A stretch of DNA of 64,000 nt from Octopus sinensis (GCF_006345805.1 NC_043000.1:86490001-86554000); one strand, 5' to 3'; positions 1-14,039 are shown, counted from the stretch's first letter. The notes: a model not told the origin generated them from the letters alone. Numbers and translations: made by a program.

Positions 1-40
1 CAAAATTTTTTTCGGGCGCTTTGGTAACGAAAGGGTTAAA
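1..40. mobile_element. Right terminus of a TTAA-flanked (piggyBac-like) element that runs off the window
   Basis: Ends ...GGTAACGAAAGGG|TTAA, the same AAAGGG-TTAA end as the MITE copies ending at 15197 and 50059. Confidence 0.45.
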
Positions 41-473
41 CGGATGCATACATTTATTAATAACTATATATAAGTGTCGTCTGTTTATACATAAACACTG
101 TTTCATACTGCAATTATATATACATATATCTATATATAATATTATATAATAAAATATATACAGAATATGTGTATATATTTATGTATGTATGGTTCGCCAT
201 TAATACTACCAAAATTTAACGACAGAAAGTAAAATAAAAACCAATTGACCTTTTCTGTATTGTTATAGCAATTCGACGACCCCGGTGTCTTTGCAAATGT
301 GTTGGAATGATAAGTGAGTTGTGTTTTGGCGCCTTTTTACTAATAACAAACACACACGTGTTTGTATGTAGTTGTTTGAAACGTTTGTGTTTGTCACTGT
401 CATATATGCATGTGTATGCGTGTGTATGAGGAATGACACACACACACTCACGCACGCACACATGTACATCAAT

Positions 474-1047
474 GCTTTCGGAGTGAAATGTTAAAATATT
501 GAGTTTTCTTTCGAAATTTTGTCTTAATTGGGGGTAAAATTGAAAGAATTTTGTATGGCATCACCCAATTGAAGTACTTTGAAAAATCATGGGTAAACTC
601 TAATTGAAGAAATTGTGTGAGGAGTAAATCGTTATGTATTTATTTGTTTCTGTTTGCTGTTTTTTTTTTTTTAGTAGTGGTTTAAGGCACACTTCTCTCG
701 TTTTATCGAATTAGTTTCACTTTAATCGTTGCAAACTTGCAAAGAGAAAGTCGTAGAAATGAGAGTGATAGCGTGAGTGAATCAGATCGCTCCCTTTTTG
801 TGTGTGTGTGTGTGTGCGTATGCTATAGCCCACACTAAGAAAAGCACTTGACTCAGACACCACAATGTGAGTTTTCTCTAAATTTTGCTTAATTGGGGTT
901 GAAATTTTAAAAACTGGACCTGGCACGACCCGATGCATTCTACTCTTAAAAATGCTAGGTAAATTGTAATTGAAGAAATCCTATATTGTAGATTTCTATA
1001 AGATACAAAGGGAGGCAGATAAAAAATCTGTCTTTTATAATAAGAGA
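474..1047 (-). mobile_element. Helitron 5' segment, inverted copy of 1129-1645
   Basis: Minus strand starts A|TCTCTTATTATAAAAG at 1047 and is reverse-complement similar to 1129-1645 over about 570 bp. Confidence 0.7.
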
Positions 1048-1060
1048 TACATATATATAT

Positions 1061-1104
<44 letters not shown>

Positions 1105-2060
1105 CATATATATATATACATACATATATCTCTTATTATAAAAGGCAGATTTTATCTGCCTCCCTTTGTATCTTATAGAAATCTACAATATAGGATTTCT
1201 TCAATTACAATTTACCTAGCATTTTTAAGAGTAGAATGCATCGGGTCGTGCCAGATCCAGTTTTTAAAATTTCAACCCCAATTAAGCAAAATTTAGAGAA
1301 AACTCACATTCTGGTGTGTATGTCAAATGCTTTTCTTAGTGTGGGATTCAGCACACGCATACACACACAAACGGAGCGAACTGTTTCACTGACACTATCA
1401 CCCTAATTTCTCCTTTCTCTTTGTAAGTCTACCTTACAACACTACTCAAAAAAAAAGAAAGCAGCAAACAGAAACAAATAAATACATAACGATTTACTAC
1501 TCACACAATTTCTTCAATTAGACTTTACCTATGATTTTTCAAAGAACTTCCATTGGGTCATGCCATACAAAATTTCTTTCAATTTCACCCCCAATTAAGA
1601 CAAAATTCGAGAAAACTCAATATTTTAACATTTCACTTTGAAGCCTTTACTCTGCCTATTACTCCCACTTCCTCTTTAGACACATAGACACGCTAATATA
1701 TACGACAGTGTCAATTGTTGACAGACATTGTAAGCTAACATGTGTGTGTGTGTGTGTGTGTGGTGCGTGTGTGTGTGTGTGCGCGTGTGTGTGAGGGTGT
1801 GCGCGTGTGTGTGAGGGTGCGTGTGTGTGTGTGTGACAGGGATGACCCATTCAGACTGGTCATCCTTTTTGCTAGAAGATCACCTATGCTGCACCACTGG
1901 TTTTCAGTTCATATTAATCAAATTAATATTCACAAGAAGAAGGACTATTCATTATAATACATAAGTTCCATCGGACAACTGCACAAACATTTGCCATTTT
2001 ACACATGTATGTAAACAAATTCCTTTCTTTTAGAATTTCAATTCATTTCTTTTTCAATTT

Positions 2061-2377
2061 ATACAAAGTTATTTAGGACGAATATAACATCTAAAGTTAT
2101 CTCTAAGTAGCAGTCGCCCAAAAGTGTATATAGACACACACATGTATGTATAAGTGTGTGTATATATTTCCATAGAGGTAACCATTCACCATACAAAGTT
2201 ATTTAGGACGAATATAAGATCTAAAGTTATCTCTAAGAAACAGAAAGATCGCCCAAAAGTGTATATAGATATTTAAATGTATTATATATTCATCTATGCA
2301 AACATGTATGTATAACGTGTGTGTTATATTTCCATAGAGGTAACAATTCACTCCATACAAAGTTTTTTAGGACGAAA
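2061..2377 (+). repeat. ~130-165 bp internal tandem duplication (2 copies plus a stub)
   Basis: ATACAAAGTTATTTAGGACGAA recurs at 2061, 2191 and (one mismatch) 2355. Confidence 0.85.
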
Positions 2378-2619
2378 ATCTTTATATACAAAAGAAAGGT
2401 TGTGTGTGTTCTGTCTACTCCGATTTAGATTCCTAACTACTCCACATTTTGTGATGCAGTTTAACCAAAACCGAGTATTTTATAGTCGTGATTCATATCG
2501 AGCCCTTCGGGGTATTAGCGCGCGGTCTACGATGAGTCTACGATTTACAATAATTTACCATCATTTTTTCCCATTTTAATGCATTTTTTAAAATTAAGGG
2601 AAGTACTCTCAAACTTCAC

Positions 2620-3090
2620 ACCAATATGCGTGCTCATATGCGACGTAATATCACATCAGCAGCATTTCCTCACACCCTCATTGCACTTGGCAAAGGCAAA
2701 AATACCAGGGGATTGAAAATGGTAATATTGCCATCGATTCCATTTGTACCATTGTTAAGACGCCTTCTGATCTCAGAGATGCAGTGTTCCAAGATCTATA
2801 AGCTAATTATCAGAATATGGATTGGATTGGCAAAAAAACTGTTCACCATATTAATGATGAAATGCTAAAACTCATTCCTGGGGAAGTCTACGTATATCAG
2901 TCTATCGATACAACTCCTGGCCCAGAGAACGTCATCAACTATCCAATAGAGGTACTCAATTCCTTTGAGCACCCCGGACTACCACCACACTTTCTCAAAC
3001 TTAAAGTTGGTGCCCTATAATGCTCATCAGAAATTTGGTTCCCCCAAAACAATGCAATGGCACACGTTTGATCGTTAAGTCCTTATCTCC
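2620..3090 (+). pseudogene. Helitron RepHel Pif1-like helicase C-terminal fragment, frameshifted
   Basis: ORF 2817-3020 ...INYPIEVLNSFEHPGLPPHFLKLKVG continues after a frameshift as IMLIRNLVPPKQCNGTRLIVKSL. This matches the Helitron motif YPxEFLNS..GLPPHxLxLKVGxPIMLLRNL....CNGTRL. Confidence 0.9.
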
Positions 3091-3190
3091 CAGCGTAAAC
3101 TTATATCAATATTTGCCTGAATAATCATCATCATTCAGTGCAATCATTAACAGTACTTTCACGTAATTCAACGCCGGGCAATTCTGCTAG

Positions 3191-3244
3191 TATATATATA
3201 TATATATACATATATATACATATATATATATATATCATATATAC

Positions 3245-3283
<39 letters not shown>

Positions 3284-3310
3284 CTATATATATATTATAT
3301 ATACATATAG

Positions 3311-3349
<39 letters not shown>

Positions 3350-3488
3350 CTATATATAATATATATATAATATATATATATTATATACATATGATATATA
3401 GACATACATAGATATATATAGATACATATATATTATATATATATCTATATATTATCCATATATATATATACAATATTAATATATACAT

Positions 3489-3521
<33 letters not shown>

Positions 3522-4405
3522 GTACATATATATATATACATATATATATATAACATATATATATATTACATACATTATAATATATATACATACATATATA
3601 TATACATATGTATATATAGATATTATACATATATATACATATATATATATATACATACATATATATATATATATATATACATATATATGTATATATACAT
3701 TATATATATATAATTATAATATATATAATATATATATATATATATACAATATATATATATACATACAATATATACTATATACATATATACATATATATAT
3801 ATACATACTATAAATATATATTATACATAAATACATATATATATATTACATATATAGATATATATATATAACATATATATTATAGATATACTAAATATAT
3901 ACATATAGTATATATATATATAGATATAAATATAAATATATCATATATATACATATATATTATATACATATACATCATTATATATATACATATATATATA
4001 TAATATAGATATATTATAACATATTATATATATACATATATATATATGGATATACATATATATATATATACATATATACATATAACATATATACATATAT
4101 ATATATACATATATACAATATATATATACATATAGACATATATAGATATTATATATATACATATATATATATACATATTATATATATATATAATAAATAC
4201 ATATATAATATATATATAATATATATTATATATAAATATATATATATATATATATACATATATTATATATATACTATATACATATATATATAATATATAA
4301 AATATATATATATACAATAGATATATATATATAATATATATATATATATATACATATATATTATATATACATATATATATATATATACTATATAATATAA
4401 TATAC

Positions 4406-4469
<64 letters not shown>

Positions 4470-4945
4470 CATAATAATATATATATACATATATATAACA
4501 TACATATATATATACATATATATATATAACATATATATATACATATATATATATATACATACATATATTATATATACATATAATAATATATACATATATA
4601 TATATATACATACATATATATATATATATACATATATATTATATATACATATATATATACATATATATATATACATATATATATATATACATATATATAT
4701 AGATACACATATATATATATATACACATATATATATATACATATACATAAAAATATTATTAGAGACAAAACCACTATTTTGCAAAACAAACAAGGAAAGA
4801 CTTAATCAATACATAAAATTTTAATAAATAGTCAAAAAAACCGCCACCACTACATATACATATACATATATATATAGATATATGACACATATAGATATAT
4901 AACATATATATATATATACATATATATAAAGATAGATATATATAT

Positions 4946-4997
<52 letters not shown>

Positions 4998-6846
4998 TAT
5001 ATACATATATAGATATATATTCATATATATATATAGATCATATAGCATATACATATACATATATACACTATATATATATACATATATACATATATACATA
5101 TATACATATTTACATATATACATATATACATATATACATATATACATAGTACATATATACATTATAGACATATATACATATATAATATAAATTTACATAT
5201 AGACATTATATAATATACTATTACATATATATATAATTACATATAAGATTATTATATACATATAGATAGATAGATATACATATACTTATATATATAGATA
5301 TATATATAATATACATATTAGATATATACATATATATATAACATATATATATACCATATTATATACCCATATCATATATATATAATATATAGATATATAT
5401 AAGATATACATATATATATAGACATATATATATATACATATATATATACATATATAGATGATACATATAATACATATAGATATAGAATATATATATTACA
5501 TATAGATATATACATATATATATATACATATATATATATACATATATATATACACTATATATAGATACATTTATAGATACATATATATATATGATACATA
5601 TATAGATATATCATATACATACATAGACATATAGAGACATACATATATAGATATACTATATAATATACATATATATTATATCCACATATATATAATATAC
5701 ATATATAGATACATTAGATATATTTGACACATATATATAGATATACATATATATATAGATATACATATTATAGATATTTACATTTACAATATATGAGATA
5801 TACCTATATATATATATTAAATAGATACCTACAGTATTTCTAGATACATTACATATAATATATATATACATATAGTATAGATACATATACATATATACAT
5901 ATAGATATTATACACTATATATAGATAAAATATATATATACATACATATATAGATATAGACATATATATATATACATGATATATATATAATCAGATATAT
6001 ATACCTATATATATAATATAACATATATATAGATATACATATATATACACATATATATATACAGATACATATATATATAGAACAATAGATATATTATACA
6101 TATAGATACACAATATATATATACATATATATATACACACAGATATATATACACACAGATAATATATAACACATATAGAGACATATATATATACACACAG
6201 TTATATATACACACATATATATATACACACATATATATAGACACATAGATATATAAATATTATATATATCATAATATAATACATATATATATATACATAG
6301 ATATATAGATATACATTATAGATATATACATATATATATATACATATATATATATACATATATATATATATACAATATATATTAGATATATATATATAGA
6401 TATATATGTATATATATATGGATATATATAAGATATACATATTATATATAAGAATATATATATAATATATTATATATATATATTATATATATATATATAT
6501 AGATAATATAGAACATATATATATATATATACATATTATATAGACTTATAGAACAGATATAGATACATATATATATATATACATAGATATATATATAAAT
6601 ATATATAGTATATACATATATATATATACCTATATATTATTACATATATATATGTATAAATATGTTATATATATATAATAGATATATATATACATATATA
6701 GATATATATATATAACAATATATATATATTACATATTATTATATAATACAATATATATATATATTACATATATATATATTATATAATTATATATATATAC
6801 ATACTATATATAATAATATATATATATTATAACATATATAATATAC

Positions 6847-6895
<49 letters not shown>

Positions 6896-7007
6896 CATAT
6901 TATATATATATACACATAGTATATATATATATACATATATATATATTACATTATATATATATACATATGATATGTATAAATCTATATGTATACATATATA
7001 TATATAC

Positions 7008-7038
<31 letters not shown>

Positions 7039-7195
7039 CATATATATATAACATATATATATATATACATATATATATACATACATATATATATAACATA
7101 CATATATTATACATATATATATATATATCACTATATATATATACATAATATATAACATTATTATATATATATATATCAGATATATATATACATAT
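3191..7195. repeat. ~4 kb degenerate (TA)n/(TACA)n microsatellite tract with a ~100-bp unique island at 4750-4850
   Basis: Seen directly. All YI-rich ORFs here are artefacts. Confidence 0.97.
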
Positions 7196-9423
7196 AGGTC
7201 ATAACCCGTGGCCCTACCTGGGACGTAGTCAGTCCACCTGTAAATACCTTCCTTCCCTTGTGACACTGTGAAGACCTGTTGAGGCAAGTGAAAATCAAAA
7301 CAAATCAAAATAGATGAACATCAATGGAATTTGTATCTTTGTCGGTACCAGTGCCTGTGGCACACAAGAATCCATCCGAACGTGGCCGTAGTCAGTACCG
7401 CATCACTGGCCATCGTGCTGGGGGCACATAACAAACACCATCCGATCGTGGCCATTCGCCAGCCTCATCTAGCACTGTGTCGGGTGGTGGCACATAAAAA
7501 CAACACATCCGAAGACCGGCAAGACTAGTCAGGCCATAACCCATGGCCCATACCTGGGACGTAGTCAGTCCACCTGTGCATACCTTCCTCCTTGTGATAC
7601 TTGTGTAGGCCTGTTGAGGCAAGTGAAAATCAAAATCAAATCAAAACAAATCAAAATAGATGAACATCAATGGAATTTGTATCTTGTGTACCAGTGCCGG
7701 TGGCACACAAGAGAAAACCATCCGAAAGTGGCCGTAGCCAGTACCGCATCGACTGGCCTCCGTTGCTGTGGGCACATGACAAACACCATCCGATCGTAGC
7801 CATTCGCCAGCCTCATCTAGCACCTGTGTCGTGGCACTAAAAAACACCATCCGAAACCCGGCAAGACTAGTCAGGCCATAACCCATGGCCCCTACTGGGA
7901 CGTAGTCAGTCCACCTGTGCATACCTTCCTTCTGGTGACACTTGAAAGACTGTTGAGGCAAGTGAAAATCAAAATCAAAACAAATCAAAATAGAATGAAC
8001 ATCAATGGAATCTGTATCTTGTGGTACCAGTGCGGTGGCACACAAGAGAACCATCCGAACGTGGCCGTAGCAAGTTCCGCATCGACCGGCCTCCGTGCGT
8101 GGGCACGTAACAAACACCATCCGATCATGGCCGTTCGCCAGCCTCATCTGGCACCTTGTCGGTGGCACATAAAAACACCTTCCGAAGACCCGGCAAGACT
8201 AGTCAGTCCACCTGTGCATACCTTCCTTCTGTGACCACTTGTGAAGACCTGTTGAGGCAAGTGAAAATCAAAATCAAATCAAAATAGATGAACATCAATG
8301 GAATTTGTATCTTTGTGGTACCAGTGCCTGTGGCACACAAGAAATCCATCCGAACGTGGCCGTAGTCAGTACCGCATCGACTGGCCATCGTGCTGTGGGC
8401 ACATAACAAACACCATCCGATCATGGCCGTTTGCCAGCCTCATCTAGCACCTGTGTCGGTGGCACATAAAAACACCATCCGAAGACCCGGCAGGCCATAT
8501 CCCATGGCCCCTACCTGGGACATAGTCAGTCCACCTGTGCATACCTTCCTCCTTTTGATACTTGTGAAGGCCTGTTGAGGCAAGTGAAAATGAAATGAAA
8601 TCAAATCAAATCAAAACAAATCAAAATAGATGAACATTAATGGAATTGTATCTTTGTGGTACCAGTGCCGGTGGCACACAAGAAAACCATCCGAAAGTGG
8701 CCGTAGCCAGTACCGCACTGACTGGCCCCGTGCTGTGGGCACGTAACAAACACCATCCGATCGTGGCCGTTCGCCAGCCTCATCTGGCACCTGTGTCGGT
8801 GGCACATAAAAACACCATCCGAAGACCCGGCAAGACTAGTCAGGCCATAACCTGTGGCCCCTACCTGGGACGTAGTCAGTCCACCTGTGCATACCTTCCT
8901 TCTTGTGACACTTGTGAAGACCTGTTGAGGCAAGTGAAAATCAAAACAAATCAAAATAGATGAACATCAATGGAATTTGTATCTTTGTGGTACCAGTGCC
9001 GGTGGCACGTGGCACACAAGAAAACCATCTGAACGTGGCCGTAGCCAGTACCGCATCGACTGGCCGCCGTGCTGTGGGCACGTACAAACACCATCCGATC
9101 GTGGCCGTTTGCCAGCCTCATCTGGCACCTGTGTCGGTGGCACATAAAAACACCATCCGAGCGTGGCCGTCTGCCAGCCTCGTCTGGCACCTGTGTCGGT
9201 GGCACATAAAAACACCATCCGAGCGTGGCCGTTTGCCAGCCTCGTCTGGTACCTGTGTCGGTGGCACATAAAATCACCCACTACACTCTCGGAGTGGTTG
9301 GCGTTAGGAAGGGCATCCAGCTGTAGAAACACTGCCAGATCTGACTGGACTGGTGCAGCTTTCGGGCTCCCCAGACCCCAGTTGAACCGTCCAACCCATG
9401 CTAGCATGGAAAGCGGACGTTAA

Positions 9424-9455
<32 letters not shown>
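7196..9455 (+). repeat. Six-copy ~300-350 bp tandem array derived from an RTE-type 3' UTR, ending in one intact (GAT)n tail
   Basis: Anchor GAGGCAAGTGAAAAT at 7281, 7616, 7955, 8254, 8577 and 8927. Tail GTGGTTGGCGTTAGGAAGGGCATCCAGC...GGACGTTAAATGATGAT at 9270-9455. Confidence 0.9.
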
Positions 9456-9456
9456 A

Positions 9457-9500
<44 letters not shown>

Positions 9501-10789
9501 AAGTAATTCATGGAAATTTCTGTTTATAGATACAAATTCGATATTTTTTATTTATTTAACATGTATGCATCCCAATAACATGAAACAAGTGAAATTATAT
9601 ATACATATAATATATACAAATAATATTCTACAGAAAGAAGTGCTAAGATAGTTTTGTATCTCACTGCATATTTACATCTTTAAAAAAATATTGACATCAT
9701 CAAAGAAAGGAAGCAAACAAGTAGAAGCAAAAGACAAAAACACATTCATAAAAATACTAAAATAAAAATATAAACAATAGTGGAGGGGAAAAGAAAAACT
9801 GGACAAATATACATGTGAAGATAAAAACATCACTTGGGTGGGTGGAAGTACAATTAGAAAAGAGTAAATCTATCTATCTATCTACCTGCCTGCCTGCCTG
9901 TCTGTCTGTCTTCCTCTTTCTCTCACTCTCCATATATATGATTTGTATGTTTTGTTTTTGTAAAATTTGCAAATAGAGAACAAGCATGTGTGGATAAGAT
10001 ATTCATCTGTACAAGAAAATGCATACATGTAAATGTGTGTGTGCATGTGTGTTGTGTGTGTGTGTGTGTGTGTGTTTGTAAATGCTTGTGTTAAATCATG
10101 CATGAGTAGGAATGAAGTTTAGCAAATTTATGTATGTGCATGTATATATATATATATATGTGTGTGCATGCACACACACACACACACACGTGTGCACACA
10201 CACACACAATATTGTGTGTGTGTGTGTGTTCTAGAGCAAAAAACTAAGAAAAAAGTCATTGCAAGTAAACAAAACAAGAGGCAGAAGGATTGAAATTGTG
10301 AAAAGAAAAAAGAAAAATATTTGGCAGAAAGCATGGAGAGAAAAGTTACAAAATGATGTCAAGAAGATACTGGAATCATGAAACATAGTTGGTGAGATAA
10401 AATTTGCTTCAGATGTTGTTGCACATGACAAGAACATACAAATCCCTTTAACTTCCATGAAAAAAAAAAAAAAAATAAACAATATAAATTTAATACTTGA
10501 GCTGTGAAATACAGTAGAATGTATTTTTGTTATCCAATCTATTCATTTTTTGTGAAAAAAGAATTCGAGCTTTTTATTAAATTATAACTGCCTGAATATC
10601 TTAAAAGTGTCCTCTTCATAGAGACAACATGAAATTAAATAAGTAGTTTTAATTAGTAAATGAAAAAAGGTTTGAGGTAAAGAGATCTTGACATGCATAT
10701 TCCTCAGTTATTGTCCCAGAAAATTTCTTTCAGTCTGTTGGGAGTACCTTTCATTAAGTAATTTTTATCGTTATAATCCTTTCTTTTAC

Positions 10790-11003
10790 TTTTCTTTTAT
10801 AGGCACAAGGCCAGAAATTTTTTGAGGCGGGATCTAGTCAATTATATTGACCCCAGTACTTGACTGGTAATATTCTATTGACTTTGAAAGGATGAAAGGC
10901 AAAGTTGACTTCAGCAGCACTTGAACCAAGAACATAAGGACAGTTGAAATGCCACTAAGCATTTTGTCTGGTATGGTAATGATTCTGCTAGCTCACCACC
11001 TTA
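10790..11003 (-). mobile_element. tRNA-type SINE family A (core GTCRACTTTGCCTTTCATCCTTTC...AAGTAC)
   Basis: Same family at 17995-18220(+), 18222-18430(+), 33195-33320(-), 38932-39141(-), 39303-39515(+), 41060-41200(+), 50390-50626(+) and 51157-51240(+). Confidence 0.8.
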
Positions 11004-11092
11004 TTTTCACAGTTATAACTATTCTTCAACTGCTATGATAATTCTAAGGTTACCTAATTACATATACCAAATTTTTTTTTTTTTTTGTCTAG

Positions 11093-11162
11093 ACATGTTG
11101 AAAGTTATGGTGAGTTGGTCACTGCTGGTGCAAACCCGGAGTTAAGCAATTATAACATCTAA
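11093..11162 (+). CDS. Candidate exon of an unidentified host gene: either a terminal coding exon (HVESYGELVTAGANPELSNYNI*) or a 17-nt microexon at 11093-11109
   Basis: Branch-like CTAAT at 11054, a T15 tract, TAG| at 11092 and GTGAGT at 11110, in non-repetitive flanks. No homology recognised. Confidence 0.3.
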
Positions 11163-12855
11163 AATTCTATGGAGTGTTGATTTTATTGTGTTGTACTTTA
11201 TTTTTTCACTAATACAAACTGACAATGGTTCATCTGAATCTCTTTGGACTGGAGGTGTTTCAGTCGTTGAACTTTTGCTAAGTTCTGCATGATTGTATAT
11301 TTGCATCTCTAAGCTTAGCCTAGAGGTGGGATTCAAAACTAAACTTGTTATCCAGTCATGTTTCATAATACAGCAAAAACATTTACCATGAAGATTGTTT
11401 TAAATACATTTTAGGTGTTGTACAGAGTGAATATATTAAAAAAATGATAATAAATAATTTTGTAGAAAAATGCTTTCAGGTAATGATATATGAGGAAGTG
11501 AAATCCAGATTTAATGTAAGAATAATTTCCTTTGTATTGATAGACTTTTGTTTGTTTCATGTTTGATCAATCAGAATCCAATTCCTTAACATATGGTCAA
11601 GATCTTCAATTTTTGATGTGTGCAATGTTTTTTTAAACTTTTTTTGATATTTTTGATAAAAGGATATAAGCAAATTTTTTCAACATTTTCAACACGGTGT
11701 AGAGCATAAGACATGTTGTAACACCCACATGAAACTGTTATAATGATGGCTATTGAGAATATACTGGTGCCAAATTAACCAGGTTGGGTAAGCCAGCCCA
11801 GAGTAGATGAGGTCATTCTCAGAAACCTCTAGAATGCTTTCTAGAATTTTTCATTTCTGGTTCTTCTCACTCAAAAGTACTTTTGAAATTGAGATTTTCA
11901 GATAAAGGATTAAGAACCTGCATATAGAGTTTATAATTGTGTTCAGGAATTATATTTTGTAACAGATCTACAATTCCTAGGATTTGGATTTAGGTGTCTC
12001 AGTTTCAGATGACCTTTCATAACACTCATACATCAATTTCTACAAGGCAGAAGGCTAGCTTATCTTAAAGCACAGAACAGATGTGGCACATACAAACACA
12101 TCAGATCATAAACACTAATCAAAAGATGTATGATTGATAGACAAACCTTTACTTCCCAACTCATTACTTTGTGCTATAACGTTCTTCCTTAGTCTGCACC
12201 ATCACCATCACCACTATTCTTTAACCTGATGGTTTATCATGAAAAATGTAAATTACGAAGTCTCAAATCCTAACTCCAAGCAATGAATCTTTGCATAGTA
12301 TAACTATTAAATCATGACCATGTTTATAAAGTTAACAAGCTACAATCCAATTTTCAAATATATTTTAAAATATTGGTTTCTATTTACTTATGTATTCACA
12401 TTACCTACATCACATTCTTACATGTTTTCGTTTTTCACACATTTCTTTTCTTCTCTATATCAAGAAAATGGTTTATAACTTTCTGAAGGTAATACAACTA
12501 ACTGATTCAAATAAGAATTTCAGCAAAATTGTTATTCTATAACAAATCTTTCTGTTAAGACCACCAGTAAGCACAAACTATAAGTTAAAATAATAATATC
12601 ACAATGGGAAAAAATGAAATAAAAGTTAAAAGTGTTGAAAATAGATGCGATTCATAGTTAAACATATAGGTATGTTTTATTTTATGCAAAAGTTACATAT
12701 ATAAAATGTAATATATACATACACATCTATTTCTTTGTTCATATATCAACACACACACACACACACATTTGAATGCATGTGTTTTATGCATAGAATTAAA
12801 GTTATTCAATATATGCTTCTTTGTCATATATAAACATATATGTATATTTGTTTAA

Positions 12856-12914
<59 letters not shown>

Positions 12915-13202
12915 ATTTTTGTTTTATGTATAGAAATAAAGTTATTCATATATTTATATATATATATATATGAATAACATTAATTTTATACACACAAGTA
13001 TTCATAAAATAGAAACTGAAAATACAGAAAAGAATATCTTAAAAGAACTAAATTTCCTTTTAGTTAAATGCAGAACCCTTTATGTGTCACTTAAAGAAGT
13101 ATTTTACCATTGGCTTTAATCGGCTACACAAGACTGTGAAAGAGTATAACAAAGGCTAAAAAACCTTGATGTTTTATATATATATATATATATTTATTTA
13201 TT

Positions 13203-13281
<79 letters not shown>

Positions 13282-13759
13282 GAGTTAAACGTCAAAACTA
13301 TTTTATTTCATTGTTTTTACTCTATCTAAATGGTTTGATTCCATTGTCTCAGTTGTCCTTGGAAACCTTTTTTGACATGTACAAATGTTTTTTTCCCCTG
13401 TTGGGAAATATATCAATTCTCTTTAATACAAATTGAAAAATAATCTTCTATATATGCTACAGTCACAGACTGCTAGATTAAATGAAAATACTGTCAACTG
13501 ATCACAGTAGGCCACCCACCTGCTATGGTGCATATTTTCTTTAGTTATGAATATGAAATGTTTTTGACTGTTGTGCAGAATTTATACCACACAGATATAG
13601 TAACTGAAATAGTTTCTGATATGCTTAGGCAATTTCACAGAGAGTATAATGTTCTGAAATTCAAGCTTACTGCTATGCCCCTCCCTATCTCTCTCTCTCT
13701 GTCCTTCACTCTTTTCTCTTTCTCTCTCTTATTCTTTCTTCTTTCTCTCTCACTCTCTC

Positions 13760-13975
13760 TCCCATATAAAATTTATATAATATATATATGTATATATGTA
13801 TGTATATGTATATACACATATATACACACACACATATATATACACATGCATGCATATACATACCCATGTATATACATACATTTATACACATACATAAATA
13901 TATATGTACATGCATGTACATCACACACACATGTATGTATGTATGTATGTGTGTGTGTATGTATGTATGTATGTT

Positions 13976-14007
<32 letters not shown>

Positions 14008-14039
14008 TACATACATACATACATACATACATACATACA

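Larger units (their letters stand above)
1129..3190 (+). mobile_element. Non-autonomous or composite Helitron
   Basis: 5' A|TC at 1128/1129. The 3' end CAACGCCGGGCAATTCTGCTAG|T at 3190/3191 fits Helitron TC...CTRR ends with an A|T target. Contains a helicase relic and is flanked by (TA)n on both sides. Confidence 0.8.

Noticed and set aside
3138-7155. Many 60-176 aa ORFs rich in Y/I/M/C (also 13525-14269, 31073-33217, 43310-43758, 61315-61842)
   Set aside because: They are translations of TA/TG/TACA microsatellites with no coding complexity.
8755-8945. Hammerhead-like words in the array unit (plus strand CTGTTGA-GGCAAGT-GAAA; minus strand CAGATGA-GGCTGGC-GAAC-GGCC)
   Set aside because: Each has mismatches at invariant core positions and lacks closing stems I and III and a UH cleavage site.
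7331-9423. Overlapping ORFs up to 175 aa, and a CRISPR-like repeat appearance
   Set aside because: The ORFs come from GC-rich tandem units and frames are broken between copies. The sequences between sub-repeats are themselves repeated rather than unique spacers, there are no cas genes, and the context is eukaryotic.
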